A DNA stretch of 64,000 bases from Trichodelitschia bisporula (taxonomy: Eukaryota), in NCBI GenBank assembly GCA_010356995.1, contig ML996689.1:700691-764690 (forward strand), given 5' to 3'. A model generated the notes under the pieces. That model did no database searches and had not been told where the DNA came from. It saw nothing but the letters and a program-made list of their open reading frames with translations. How positions within the stretch are numbered: position 1 is the stretch's first letter; every line of letters starts with the position of its first letter. This document shows positions 23,909-36,400 of the stretch, piece by piece. Both the position numbers and the translations under genes were made by a program.

Positions 23909-25068
23909 ATGCCTTACACTCTCACAATCCCCACGACGAGCACCGCCGTCGACGGCTCCACCTCCAAACCTTACACGCTCTACAACATCCACATTGCAAC
24001 TCCCCTACGCACTACAATCCTCGCAAAGCGCTACTCTGCCTTCGAACATATGCACGCCGCCATCACCGCCGCCGTCGGCTCTGCACCACCCACATCTCTC
24101 CCCTCGAAAGGCTGGTTTACACGCACAGTTGGCAATCCTGCACTCACAGAAGCCCGTCGACGGGGTCTGGAAGACTACCTACGAGCGATCGAGTACGCCG
24201 AAGACCCTCGGTGGCGTGAGAGCAGCGCATACCGTGAATTTTTGGGCCTTCAGAGCAAGAGCCGGGCCAGCAGCGTAGCAGGGACGGAGGACGAGGCACG
24301 GCCGGGCATGAGCGCGGCGCAGTGGTTGGACTTGCACTCGCAGCTCAAGAGCTTGATTCAGGATGCTAGGCTGCTGCTTGCGCGGCGCGAGAGGGCCGGC
24401 GATGCGGCGGCACAGCGTGAGGCGGGCACGGGGGCGAAGAAGGCACTTGTCAGGGCTGGGACACTTGTACTTAGGCTCGACGAGGGGCTGAGGGGGCTGG
24501 CTGATGGACGTGGTGGGGTGGAGAAACTGGGGGAGGGGGAGGTGCGGCGGAGGAGAGATCTGCTTGGACGGGCGAAGATGGAGAGGGAGGGTTTGGAGGG
24601 TGTGCTGAGTGCTTGGAGTGCGGTTGGGAGGGAAGCGGCTGGGGCGTCTGCTGGGGCGAGTGGGACGTATGGTGGTAATGGTAGCACGATGCCTGGTGCA
24701 TTTCCGGTTGGTCTGGCTACGGCACAGCCTGCTTTCAGTGGCAGGCGTGTGCTCGGAGGACCGCCCGCGAAGGAGACGGAGCGGACGAGGGAGAGGGATA
24801 ATGAGGGTGTCTTGATGCTCCAGAAGCAGATCATGCACGAGCAGGAGGAGGATGTTCAGGATCTGTCCAAGGTGGTTCGCCGGATGAAGGACATGGGTAT
24901 CGCCATCAATGAAGAGCTGGTCGAGCAAGGTGGGCTGATGGACATTCTGGATTCAGATATCGATCGGTACGTGCTTTCCTTTTTGCGTACACCGAGCCTT
25001 TCTAACTCTGATCTAGCGTCGGTGGGAAGATGGACGTTGCGAAGAGGCGCATCAAGAAACTCGGTTGA
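23909..25068 (+). CDS. VAM7: Vam7 vacuolar SNARE (PX domain + Qc-SNARE, no TM)
   Basis: PX motif KRYSAF...LPSKGWF...RRRGLEDYL and ETERTRERDNEGVLMLQKQIM SNARE region. Intron 24967-25016, then VGGKMDVAKRRIKKLG*. Confidence 0.9.
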
Positions 25069-26564
25069 TCGCTTTTGTCCTCGCCCCTTCGTCGATGCCG
25101 TCGATATCCCGCTGGTATTTGACTCAGTCGTTTGATTCTACGCAACACGATACCCGGTTAGGATTTTGTATATTGAGTGCGTGGTATGGTTGTTCCATGG
25201 AGCATTGCTGTTTATTCCGATTGTCATAATACTGAAATCGGGGTATCCGTGCTGGCTTTGTCTAGTTTTCGGTCAATCTTGCCGTCACCGGAGTGCTGCC
25301 TCCCTTTATCCGATCCATACTAATGACAGAAGCCCGATTCAACCTGGGATCAGGTTCACTTATCGACTTCGAGTCTTATCACCTTTTCATCGCAAGGCCG
25401 GTGAATGCAGAGTCCACGACGTGGGCTATGTCATCGGACTCACAGCCGCTGGCAAGAGGGCCAATACAGAAGCCCATCACAACGTCCGTAAGCTATCCGG
25501 AAGTCCAGGTGAGCGATTGGCCGTTCATCCGCCTCCAGCACCCAAGGCACCTTCAGGCTCCCACCATCCGTGCCTCCCCACACACGGCCCTTAGGCAGGA
25601 ATGTGCACTCGCCACGCGTCGGTCAAGCACGTCAACCCGCATCCACCCTTCCTCCGCCCTAACCACACCCCGACCCCAGATTCCACGAAGTCTGATCTAG
25701 ATTGCAAGAGGCAGGGGTAGCCCCGCAGCGCAATACATATAAACCCACAAACCTCTACGCTCCTTGGCGGCATATACTCGCGCCGGCGGCTCGAACAGTG
25801 AATTACTGGTTTTGCAGCCTGCGAGACCTGGCCCCTAGGCGATGCTCTGGCGCAGTGGCGCAGCGCCTCTACTAAGGTATAAGGATAGGGTTCGCGCTGC
25901 ACCCTTCTTTTGACCCGGGTTGCAGACAGGCACCGCGCAACCCTGTGCCCGCCGCTGCCCTGGCGCTATCCTGGCATCGGGCCGGGCTGCTCCCGCGAGC
26001 CCCGGCGGCGTGTCATGCTGCCGCTAGATGGGCCCGTGACGAAGGATCGGGAGGCGTGCGTTGGTACCTAGGCGTCTGCGTCGCGGTTTGCTTAAACGGG
26101 AATGGAATTCTAAGTAGGCTATGAATCTGCGCCGAAGGTTGAAGAGAGCGCTGATCGCCTGGTTTACTATCTCATCGCGGGCTGGAAGCGTGTGGGGTAC
26201 GCCCCGCGCTGCACATGGGAGTGCCCCCTCGCCCCCCCCTGTGCTGAGCGGGGCGGATCGACGCTATATGCGATATTGATGGTCCTGGCGGGGGCGGGCG
26301 ACGGGGATTGGCAAGCGAAGCAGGTTGTGGGTGTGCGGAGGGGTTGTGGGGATGGGGATTGGGGGCCGCGGATAGTGCCCAGCTGCGGGCGCAGAGTGCG
26401 TAGGTCAGATAGGTGAGCGGGGAGGTGATATATCGGCCGTGCTTCCCGGTGGGTTGGGGGCGGTTGCGGTGGTGAATGTGGAGGCTTTTTTGTTTGGCTT
26501 TTTTGAATCATTGACAGCGGTGAAGATTTGAGCTTGCTTTGCTTTTATGAAAGGATTTGAGATT

Positions 26565-28538
26565 ATGGCTAAGGAAGAAACTCAGAAGGTGCTGGTGCCG
26601 GAGGAGGGGGGGGTGGATTTGAAGGAGGTCATGGATGAGAAGGATAGGGTCAGGACGGTGGAGCACACGCCTAGCTTGGATGGAGAGGGGCTGGAGCCGG
26701 TGGAGACGAATGGTGGGATGACGAGAGCGAAGTGGTTGGCGTGCATCGCGCTGTGCTTTTCGTATACCACGTCCTTTCAGCAGAATTCGTGCACGGCGGC
26801 GATTCTGAAGCAGATCGACGAGGCGCTGGGTGAGTCCTGAGTCATTGATATGCCGGGCGAGGCTGACAGTACAGGTCCTACGACGTACTACAACTGGATG
26901 TTGACGGCGTACACGATTGCCGTCTCCGTGTCGCTTCCCATATCCGGTGGATTGTCTGATATCTTCGGCCGCAAGAAGTTTTTCCTCGTTGGGTGCACCA
27001 TCTCGCTCATCGGCACCGTCGTCGCGCTAGCATCGCAGAATGTCCCTATGATGATAGCAGCTATGGCGCTGAAGGGCATCGGCGCCGGAAGCCAACAACT
27101 AGCGTAAGCCCACCCCACCCCACCCGACCACCACACTCACACCCGCAGTCTCGCCGCCATCGCCGAAATCGTGCCTAACAAACACCGCGGCCACGCCCAA
27201 GCCGCGCTGGATATCGTCACCCTCCCCTGGGCGGTCTTCGGGCCTCTGACCGGTAACGCCATGGTCAAGTACCACAAGCTGAGCTTCCGGATCAATTTCA
27301 TCATCGGCGCTATCCTGAACGTTATTAGCATCGTGACTGCGATCTTGTGGTACCATCCACCGGCGGGCGGGCGCATCGTGGGTAAATCGCAGATCCGGCG
27401 CGTGCGCGAGTTAGACTGGATGGGCATCTTCCTCATGGCGGTAGGAATCGTACTCACGCTCATGGGGATCAATTTCGGCGGCGAAACCTTTCCCTGGAAA
27501 TCGGCGGGGGTTATAAGTCCTCTTGTTATCGGCCTGTTGTGTCTTGTAGCACTGGGCTTTTGGGAGTGGAAGGTTGCGACGAACCCGTTCTTTGCTCATG
27601 AGTTGTTTATCGGCAACGGGAGGACTTTCTCGCTGTTCTTGGTCATCACGTTTGTGGGCGGGATGAGCTTGTATGCCGCGGCTGCGTTCTGGACACAACA
27701 GTGCCAGGGCATGTTCTTCCGCGACCCGATCAAGATCGGCGTGAGCTCGATTCCCGGCGGTGTCGGCGGCGCTAGTAAGCCTCCGTCCCCCCCCCAAACC
27801 GCACTCTTCTAACAAGCCCCCAGTCGGCGGTTTCCTAGGCGGGATGCTCATCGGCAAAGTGCGCTTCCTAAGTTCAAACCTAATGCTCATGTACGGCGTC
27901 GCCATCAAAATGATTGCCGACGGCATCTTCATGACCATCACACCCCTGAAATTCAAACTCGCGCTGGGAGCCGGCTTCCTCGCCATGTTCGGCGTGGGCT
28001 TCATGCTTGTGGCGCTGATTGTGTGCACGCAGTTAGCGTGCAAGGACAAGAATATCGGTCTGGCGACGCTGGTGCTGGGGAGCGTGCGGGCGATGGGCGG
28101 CAGTGTCGCGGTTACGATTTTCACGTCTATTATTCATAACACCATTAAGGAAGATGCCGGGCCGCGGGTTGGGAAGGTGGTGGTGCCGATGGGCGTGCCG
28201 GTGTCGTCGCTCCCCGCGCTGGTTCCGCTGGTCATTGCTGGGAAGGACCAGAAGGCGGCGATGTTGGAGGGGCTTACGCCGGAGCTTGTCAAGGTGACGA
28301 GGGATACGCTTAAGTGGTCGTGGAGTTTGGCATTCCAGTAAGTTGCATTTGACTGGAGTGGGCTGGAGGTGCTGACGGGTGTAGGCGCATCTATGTGGCG
28401 GCTATAATCTTTTCGGCGGTTGCGCTTGTGGCGGCGTTTTTTGCGAGGGATGTGACGCATAACATGACGGACAATGTGGCTGTGCAGTTGCAGAATGATA
28501 CGCCGAATGAGAAGAAAAAGGAGGAGACGATGGCATAG
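26565..28538 (+). CDS. MFS drug/metabolite efflux transporter (TRI12/DHA2-like)
   Basis: Five exons; motif A GGLSDIFGRKKFFL, ELDWMGIFL, many TM segments. An alternative ATG lies at 26547. Confidence 0.85.
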
Positions 28539-29321
28539 TAGGGCGATAAAATGAGTTGAGAGTTGGACGAGGCGCACCGTGACCTTCAGGCTGGGGTGGA
28601 GTCGCAAGCTAGATGGGCAGAATGATCCATATGCAATATTGCTTTACATGGCTGCAAGAATAGGCGCCATGCGATACATCTGTACATCTGGTATGATTAG
28701 ATTCGTGGAGGGGTTAATGAGACGCGCGGGTCAATAATGTCTGTCTGTTGGTGATCGCAGATCTTTCCCATGTGACTTCAGCCTTACAGGATACCCCGTA
28801 GCCAGCCCCCAGCCCATTGGTTTGCAGTAGCCTTATCAGTTTGGCAACAGACAAGGGGGGCGACCGCAATCCACCGATCGATCGGCTTGCGTCTTACGCC
28901 TTGCATACTGTATTCATCCACAGAAGCGTGCCTTGCTAAACAAGTAACCCATACTCATACGGATGTAGAAAGAGCCCATCAAAGCGCAACCGAAGTAGCC
29001 GCCGTTTCGCAGCCCCCACTCCTTCCCAGCCCCTTAAACCCCGCGCCAGCCAAGCCCCCCGTTTGGGAGCCACGTCGCGCATCGCGAAACCGCGACCTTC
29101 ATGAACATGAAACGATCTCCACCGTGATCCACCTCGCAATGTGACCTCATCATCCGCACTTCTAGTCACTTGTTAGCCTGTCCATCATCTACTTACACCC
29201 ACGTTCTTATATTTCTTCCTTTACCCCAGAGTTAACCCGGCGGTCCGCACCCACCCTGGACCCTTACCGGTCTAGACTGTACCCTCCGCGAACTGCGTGG
29301 TACCGGCATCTGATCTGCGAA

Positions 29322-30677
29322 ATGCTGTACATGCCGTTCCGGCGTTCGCGTTCGCGCCGCGCCCGCCTCCGCAACGCCTTCGTTTTCCTCTTCCTCGCTT
29401 GGAATGTCGTCGAAGTGCTGCACGTGCGCTGGTGCATCCGCACCTCAGAAGCAAAGGCATCACGGGTCTACGCTCTATCACGTACAGACAAGGCCGGCTC
29501 ACGACACCACTCCCACGGCCACCACCGCCATGAGCACAGCCCCACCCCAAAAAAGCGCATCTACATCGCCTCCCAACTTTGGAACAGCGCCCACCTAATG
29601 CACACAGCCTGGAACGCCGAACTCCTCGCCCTAATCCGCGACCTCGGCGTCGAAAACGTATATCTCACCATCCTGGAAAGCGGCAGCTACGACGACACAA
29701 AGGAAGTCCTAACCGCCCTCGACGCCGACCTCGAAACCCTCGGCGTCCGCCGCACAGTCACCATGGAAGACGAATCCCACGCCGATCTCATCGCCCAGCC
29801 GCCCGGAGACGAGGGGTGGGTCACCGCGCGCGACGGCACGCCGCACATGCGCCGCATACCCTTCCTGGCTAAGCTGCGCAACCGTACTCTTGAGCCGCTC
29901 CGTGCGCTCTGGGAGGAGGGCGAGCGCTTCGATCTCGTGCTTTTCCTCGGGGACGTTGTCTTCACTGTAACGCGCCCCCCCCCCTTCCATCCCTCCCATT
30001 TTCGTATTCCCTAACCCCAGCAGCCCCAAGACGTGCACACCCTCCTCTCCACCAACAGCGGGACCTACGCCGCTGCCTGCGCGCTGGACTTCTCCCACCC
30101 GCCCCTCTTCTACGACTCCTTCGCCACGCGCGACGCCTCCGCCTCGCCGCACCTCATGCAGACATGGCCGTACTTCCGCAGTGCCGTCTCGCGGGCCGCG
30201 ATTAAGCGCGGTGAGCCTGTCCCGGTTGCGAGTTGTTGGAACGGACTGGTGGTCATGCCGGCCGCGCCGTTTGCGACTGGGGATTTGGGGTTTCGCGCGC
30301 TGCCGGATAAGCTGGCGGGGGCGCATCTCGAGGCGAGCGAGTGCTGTCTTGTGCATGGGGATAATCCGCTGAAGGGCACCGCGCCGGTGTTGATGAACCC
30401 CGTGGTTAGGGTTGGGTATAGTATGGGGGCGTATGAGGCGGTGCATGATGCGGGGGGCGGGGCGTGGTTGTCTGCTTACGAGATATGGGTCGGGTTGTGG
30501 GCGAATCGGGTGCGCAGGTGGGTTAGCTGGGGGTTTGGGAGTGATTCGGGGAGGCAGATGGCGGTGCTGGGGAGGTTGAGGAGGGAGGTGGGGAGGACGG
30601 GGGTGGGGGAGGGGGTGGGGTGGTGTGTGGTTGATGAGATGCAGGTGCTGGAGTCGTATGGGTGGAGGCATGTTTGA
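29322..30677 (+). CDS. Glycosyltransferase family 69 (CAP59/Cmt1-like mannosyltransferase)
   Basis: Type II membrane anchor; ESGSYDDTK, RRIPFLAKLRNRTLEPL, AACALDF, YDSFATRD, SCWNG, EASECCLVH. Intron from 29967 to ~30020/30023. Confidence 0.88.
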
Positions 30678-32115
30678 GGGCGTACTGGGGCAAAATGGGA
30701 GCGGATACTATGCATTCATCTTAGAGCGAGCTTCATTTGAAGTGAAGGAATTGGGAGGCCTACATCCGTAGACTAGGGTCATTGAGCGCCTGGTCGGGTG
30801 AGTTTAGGTACTGGGCGGGCGACGTGCTTATCAGCCTTGCTGTATTCGAGCATCTGGATAGCCAAGCAACGTCGCTACCGCTAGCCGGCCACGACATATA
30901 CCTGGCCTCTTTGGTCTGGTCGTTCGTACCTCGTTGTGTGTGCTTTGAATTGGAGAGCCTACCGCGTCACTGGGGGGTGCGACGTACTTATCAGCCTTGC
31001 CATATCCGAGCCATCGGGTAGCCAAACAACCGCACTACCTTTTAAACCGGTTCCGTCCATGCAGGTCTCGTTCATCGGGCCGTAGGCTCAAAACGAATGG
31101 CAGACGATGCATATCGGGCAAGGCTGACCAGCTTCCCGCGTTTCAGCGCAACGCATCTCCATTTGTCCGTCCGAGTCCGAGTCCGCAACGCGCCGTTTCC
31201 ACAAGAGTAGTTCTAGGGCAAGAACCTTTGAGGATACTGCATCCTCATCAACTCTCAGGTATTCCTCCCTCGACCCCAAAGCCACCAATCCACAGCACAA
31301 AATTCCCATCCTCGTCCTCTCAATCACGGCCTTCCCACCACACCTTAATCTCACCCTCCCGCAGCACCCCAGTCCCAACCAATCCCACCCGTCCCCCTTT
31401 TCGCCCGCCTGCCGGCACCGCAATCTGGCCCGAGCAAAGTCGTTCGCCGCACCGCACCGCACAGGCTGCGTGTCATTCCCGGGACGCGGCGCGCCGATCC
31501 AGACGCAAGCAGCCAGCGAAGCTCGCTGCATCTGCATCTCCCATGCATCTCATGCATTTCTCGTCCATCGTCTCCTCCTGCAGGTAAACTTTAGTCCCGC
31601 ACTCCGCTTCTGCAGCCTTGGATCGCGTATCGCATCGGCTTCAGTATCGACGTCTGCATCAGTGCCCGTGCACGCCGACTACCCATCGACTTCACTCCTT
31701 TACCTGTTTTACGCGTCGCCGTCGCCTTACTCGAGTCCGTCGAGATACGTACCCGTACCTTTTGGGACGAGAGAGAGTTTTCTTCACCGCGCCGCCCGCG
31801 ACGTCGAGGCCTGCACCCCAGCACACCACCAGCACCTCACCGCCATCTCGCTCACCCGTCGCGAACCAACCACGCGCCGTCGCTAGACCCGTCTCGTTTC
31901 GCTAGTTATAGGTCTTCGCCCGCCTGGGACAGGAGCCCGACTCATCGCCGTCTTCCATCTTGCTCTCATCGTCATTTCATCGCTAGCTTCGCGGCGCTCG
32001 CATCGCACATCCATCCAGCTGCACAAAACACCAGCCACGAACTCCGCCCTAATCCGATCTGCGAACTACCGTTCTCCAACCCATAATCCCGCGCACATCC
32101 CAACCCACACACAAC

Positions 32116-32802
32116 ATGTTCTCCTCCACCCCCCGCCGCACAACCACAAAACCCAGCAAACCATCCTCCCCCTCCCGCCCCTCGAAGGACAAATCCTCCC
32201 GCGACGAAAAGGACAAGGACCGGCCCCGCACCGACAAGGACAAGGACCGCGACAAGAGCGACAAAGACAAATCCTCCCGCCACAAGCACAAACGCCGCAC
32301 TTCCCCGGCACCCCGAAGCGGGTCAAGCAAAGAACGCGCCGCCGTCTCCAAGCCCAAACTCTCGAGCAGGACGCGCACAGCGCCTACGTCTTCGAAGAAG
32401 AAAACCGCTCTCCCGGAGGCGCCTACCGTGCCTTCAGGCGGCACCTCCGCCGGGCCTGGGCTATCCATCAAGGGGGCCGCGGCCGCAGCGGGGAAGTTCG
32501 CGCGCCCGACTGGAGGCGGGTCCAGCGCGGAGGGGATCCACACCCGTGATAGGATCATCCAGCGCCTTGTCCGGGCACTGCAGAGCACGATTGACGCGCA
32601 GGAGGATGCGTTGGGGCAGAATAAGCGGCTGATGGCGGAGGTGAAGGCGTGGTTGATTGAGCAGCGGCAGGCGAGTGCGAAGAGGGAGGGGGGGGGGGAG
32701 GAGAGTAGTAGTAGTGAGGAGAGTGATGAGGATGAGGAGGGGAAGGGGAAGGGGTGGCGGTGGGGGATTTTTAGGGGGAGTGGGGGGAGTGAGAGTACGT
32801 AG
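32116..32802 (+). CDS. Hypothetical Lys/Ser/Asp-rich protein with a C-terminal coiled-coil-like segment
   Basis: 228-aa ORF with ACAACATG start context. It shows the same C-rich to G-rich gradient as neighbouring real genes. No recognisable domain. Confidence 0.55.
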   Translation: MFSSTPRRTTTKPSKPSSPSRPSKDKSSRDEKDKDRPRTDKDKDRDKSDKDKSSRHKHKRRTSPAPRSGSSKERAAVSKPKLSSRTRTAPTSSKKKTALPEAPTVPSGGTSAGPGLSIKGAAAAAGKFARPTGGGSSAEGIHTRDRIIQRLVRALQSTIDAQEDALGQNKRLMAEVKAWLIEQRQASAKREGGGEESSSSEESDEDEEGKGKGWRWGIFRGSGGSEST

Positions 32803-33474
32803 GGTGTGAGAAGGTGGTGGTGAGGATGTAATATTGTGTGACACTTGGATTTGGTTTGGTATCGGGGACGGAGTTGGTGTAATTCTTGGGGCTTTTTTTA
32901 CTATTGGGGATTCTGGGACGGGGACTCGGACTGGGACCGGAAATAGGACTGGACTGGACCTGGGTTGTTGTTCGGTTTGCGGGCTTCTTGCGGGCGCGGA
33001 TCTCGGGTTCCTCTCCTCTTGGTTGCTTTTTTTTTGGGGTGGTTGGTTGGAAGACGGAGTTCAAATGTGGGAGGTGTGCTATCTACTTCGTTGGTTTTTT
33101 GTGTGTGCTGCTGGATTTCTCTCTTTGGCTTCGATGCTTTCGAACCTCCACTCTATGCAAATATACCCCCCTTGCATTGACAAACTCCCGTCCGTTCACT
33201 GATGAAGATGCGATGCCGCCGTGTACACACCACCTCAGTTCTACCCAAAAAGCCGCCCGGATTTCACTCAGAAGGTCCAACCCACAGGGGCCGATTGACA
33301 GTAGCACAACGCAAAGCAACGCCGAACCCGTACACCGTCAGATCCAGCCGCCATCTACTACGCACAGAAGCATACCAAAAACGCCAACATCACAATACCA
33401 ACGTCACAAAAGACAACAAGACCTAACAATGCATGGACCCAATGGCCGAGAAAACGATAACTACCAAACCTCCC

Positions 33475-36400
33475 TTACGCCTTCATAGTCGCCAGGAACG
33501 AGTCCAGGTTGTATTCCTCCTCGTACTGCTTCTCGTCCCACAGATCGCCAATCTCATCTAGGAAGCCGCGCTTACCAACTTGCCGTAGCTCGCCAGTAGC
33601 ATCGACGGCGTCTTCCTCAGATATCTTTTCTGGATCGGCGGCGGGTAGAGGGGGCGCAGCATCGGCGGCGTCGGTGGATATGTTGAAGAGATCGAGGATT
33701 TGGTCCGTTTGCATGCTGCCCAGGCCCGCGTTTTGTTGATTGACGACCGTGCTGGCGACGTCAATCTTGAAGCGCTGGAGGCTACGAAAGGTTAGAACGT
33801 GCAAGTTCAAGTGCAAGTTGCCCGAGTTCAAACTCAAGCTGCTCGGACAATTCACGTTGCACGGAAGGGTATACGAACCTGAGAATCTTCTCCTCCAGCG
33901 TGCCGCGCGTGACGATGCGGTATACGTTGACGACCTTCTTCTGCCCGATGCGATGAGCGCGGTCCATGGCCTGCATATCCTTCTGCGGATTCCAGTCGTG
34001 CTCGACGAAGATAACGGTATCAGCGCCCGTCAGATTGAGACCCAAACCACCGACACTCGTCGTCAGGAGCAAGACATCGTAGCTCGGGTCATTATTGAAC
34101 CGGTTCACAATATCCTGGCGCTTGCTCGCCTCGACACCGCCGTCCAGACGCAGGTACTGTACGCCCTTGAGCTGGTCGCCCAGCACATGCTGCTGCACCA
34201 TATCGAGCATCTCCTTCATCTGGCAGAAGATAAGCGCGCGGTGCTGGCTGACCGCTTCAACTGGATTCGAATCCGACTCGGCACTAGCATCCGTGCCGAT
34301 CCCGCAATCGAGCAGCAAGTCGCGCAGCGCGCGCAGCTTGGGTGCATGCTGAATGTCGTCGAGGCGCGTCTTGCGCGTCGCCAGCTCGCGCACCAGCGAG
34401 TCGTACTGCTTGTGCGTGGGCTTGACGGCGAGCGCGGGGGAGTTGCACAGCTTGCGCATATACTGCAGGGCCTGGAAGATGTGGGCCTTGCCCTCCTTGC
34501 TCGAGTCCGAGGCGGCGTCGGCGATGGCGCGGCCCTCCTTCTTATGAAAGTCCTCGAAGAGACGGCGCTGCAGGTCCGAGAGGTCGCAGTAGTAGTTCTG
34601 CAGGATTTTGGGCGGGAGGTCGTTAAGGACTTCTTCCTTGAGGCGGCGGAGGAGGAAGGGGAGAACTTGCTTGTGGAGCGCTTCGATGGCGAGGGCACCG
34701 GCTTCTTGTTCCTTGCTGTTGGCCTTGGCGTTACGGGATGCGGCGATGGGTTTGGAGAAGCGGTCTTTGAACACCTTCTCCGTGCCGAGGAAACCCGGCA
34801 TCAGGAAGTCGAAGAGCGACCACAGCTCCAGCACATTATTTTGAATCGGAGTTCCGGACAGGATAAGGCGGTGGTAGCTCTTGAGGCGCTTGACGGCCTT
34901 GGTGGCGCGGGTGTGGGCGTTCTTGATAAGATGCCCCTCGTCTAGCACGCAGTAGTTGTAGTCGAGCGTCTCAAGGAAGTCAATATCGTTGCGGCACACA
35001 TCGTACGACGTGATGATGATGTCAGCGTCCTTGAGCTTAGGCCGATTCTTCATCCGCTCTGTGCTGCTACCAACAAAGGCAACATACTTCAGAAACGGCG
35101 CATACATCGTCATCTCTTGCTGCCAGTGGCCAGACAAACTCGGTGGGCAGACAATGACCGATGGGAGAGGCCGCTTGTCCGGGGAGTTGGTCTTGGCGTA
35201 CTCTTCAGCACGCATATGATGGTCGCTGGCAACCATGCACAGCGTCTGCAGCGTCTTGCCGAGACCCATGTCGTCGCAAAGGATGCCGTGCAGGTTGAAG
35301 CGGTTGAGGAACGCCAGCCAGTTAACGCCATCCTGCTGGTACGGCCGCAGCTCGGCCCGAATGGCAACCGGAATCGGGAAGTCCTCCACCTTTTTGGGGT
35401 CGAGCATCTGCGAGATGAACTGGCGCTCGCGCTCGCGGCCCTGCAGCAGCTTCTCGGAGAGGCCAGGAGGATCCGGAATACCGGCCTCGAGCGGGACGAG
35501 CTTGACTAGCGTCGCAAAGGTTGTCGTTGCAATCAGACGGACGTCGTTGTCGGAATCGCTCATGCGGCCCAAGACAGGTACGATGAGGAAGACGACATAC
35601 GGCAGTATACGCTCCTCCATGACATGGATTAGGTGGTAGACGCACTCGATGGCACCTTGCCGGCAGTGGACATCCAGAGCATTGCTGATAGCAGGCAGAA
35701 CATGCTCGACCAGCATGGTGATGCCACTAACTGTCATGACACTGCAAATGGTCGCAAAGCACTTGGCAGCGGCGTAGCGGAAAACACCGAGCTTAGAAAC
35801 AAGCGCCTTCGTAACCAGCGGCATAATCTCATCGACAAAGGGGTGGAGACCGGCAGTGAACTTCGGTACCAAGGCTCGCAGGATTGAGAGGGCATCGACG
35901 ACTGCTTGACCTCCCTTGCCTTCGTTAATTTCAGTGCTAGTAACGTCCTCTGGTAGCTCGTCGGGCGTAAAGGCCTGGCGGATAGGAGTTTCGATATTAT
36001 CCCGCAACGTCGGCACACGGGTGAAGAGATCCGTTCCGAACGTGGAGACAAGTTGCTCCAGCGCCTCTTTGGCACCACGGCGGGTGATCCGCGCAGCTTT
36101 GGCGTCTCGCTCGAACTTGGCTTGATCGGCATGGTCGCGAACGTCCTCTTCCTTTCCAAGAGACAGGATACCAGTCACCATGGCGGCATTGTGAACAAAC
36201 TCAGGAGTCTCGGCGGTTTCCATGCAGTAAAAGAGGGTCAGGTTGTTAACAACCTTCCTCACCACGGTCTGCTTGCCAGCAGCGCTCAGGCGGTCGATCA
36301 GGACTGCGATTTCGGCGGCCGACCTCCTCTGCAGCTCGGCGTTTTCTTCCATTTTGATGCTGTCCATCAGCCCGCGGATAATGAGAGCCTGTTTCGTCCC

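Noticed and set aside
30018..30023. NAGNAG (CAGCAG) tandem acceptor in GT69
   Set aside because: It would change only one residue; this is common and unremarkable.
26565..30677. TRI12-like pump plus glycosyltransferase as a secondary-metabolite cluster
   Set aside because: There is no PKS, NRPS, terpene synthase, P450 or cluster regulator nearby; the neighbours are housekeeping genes.
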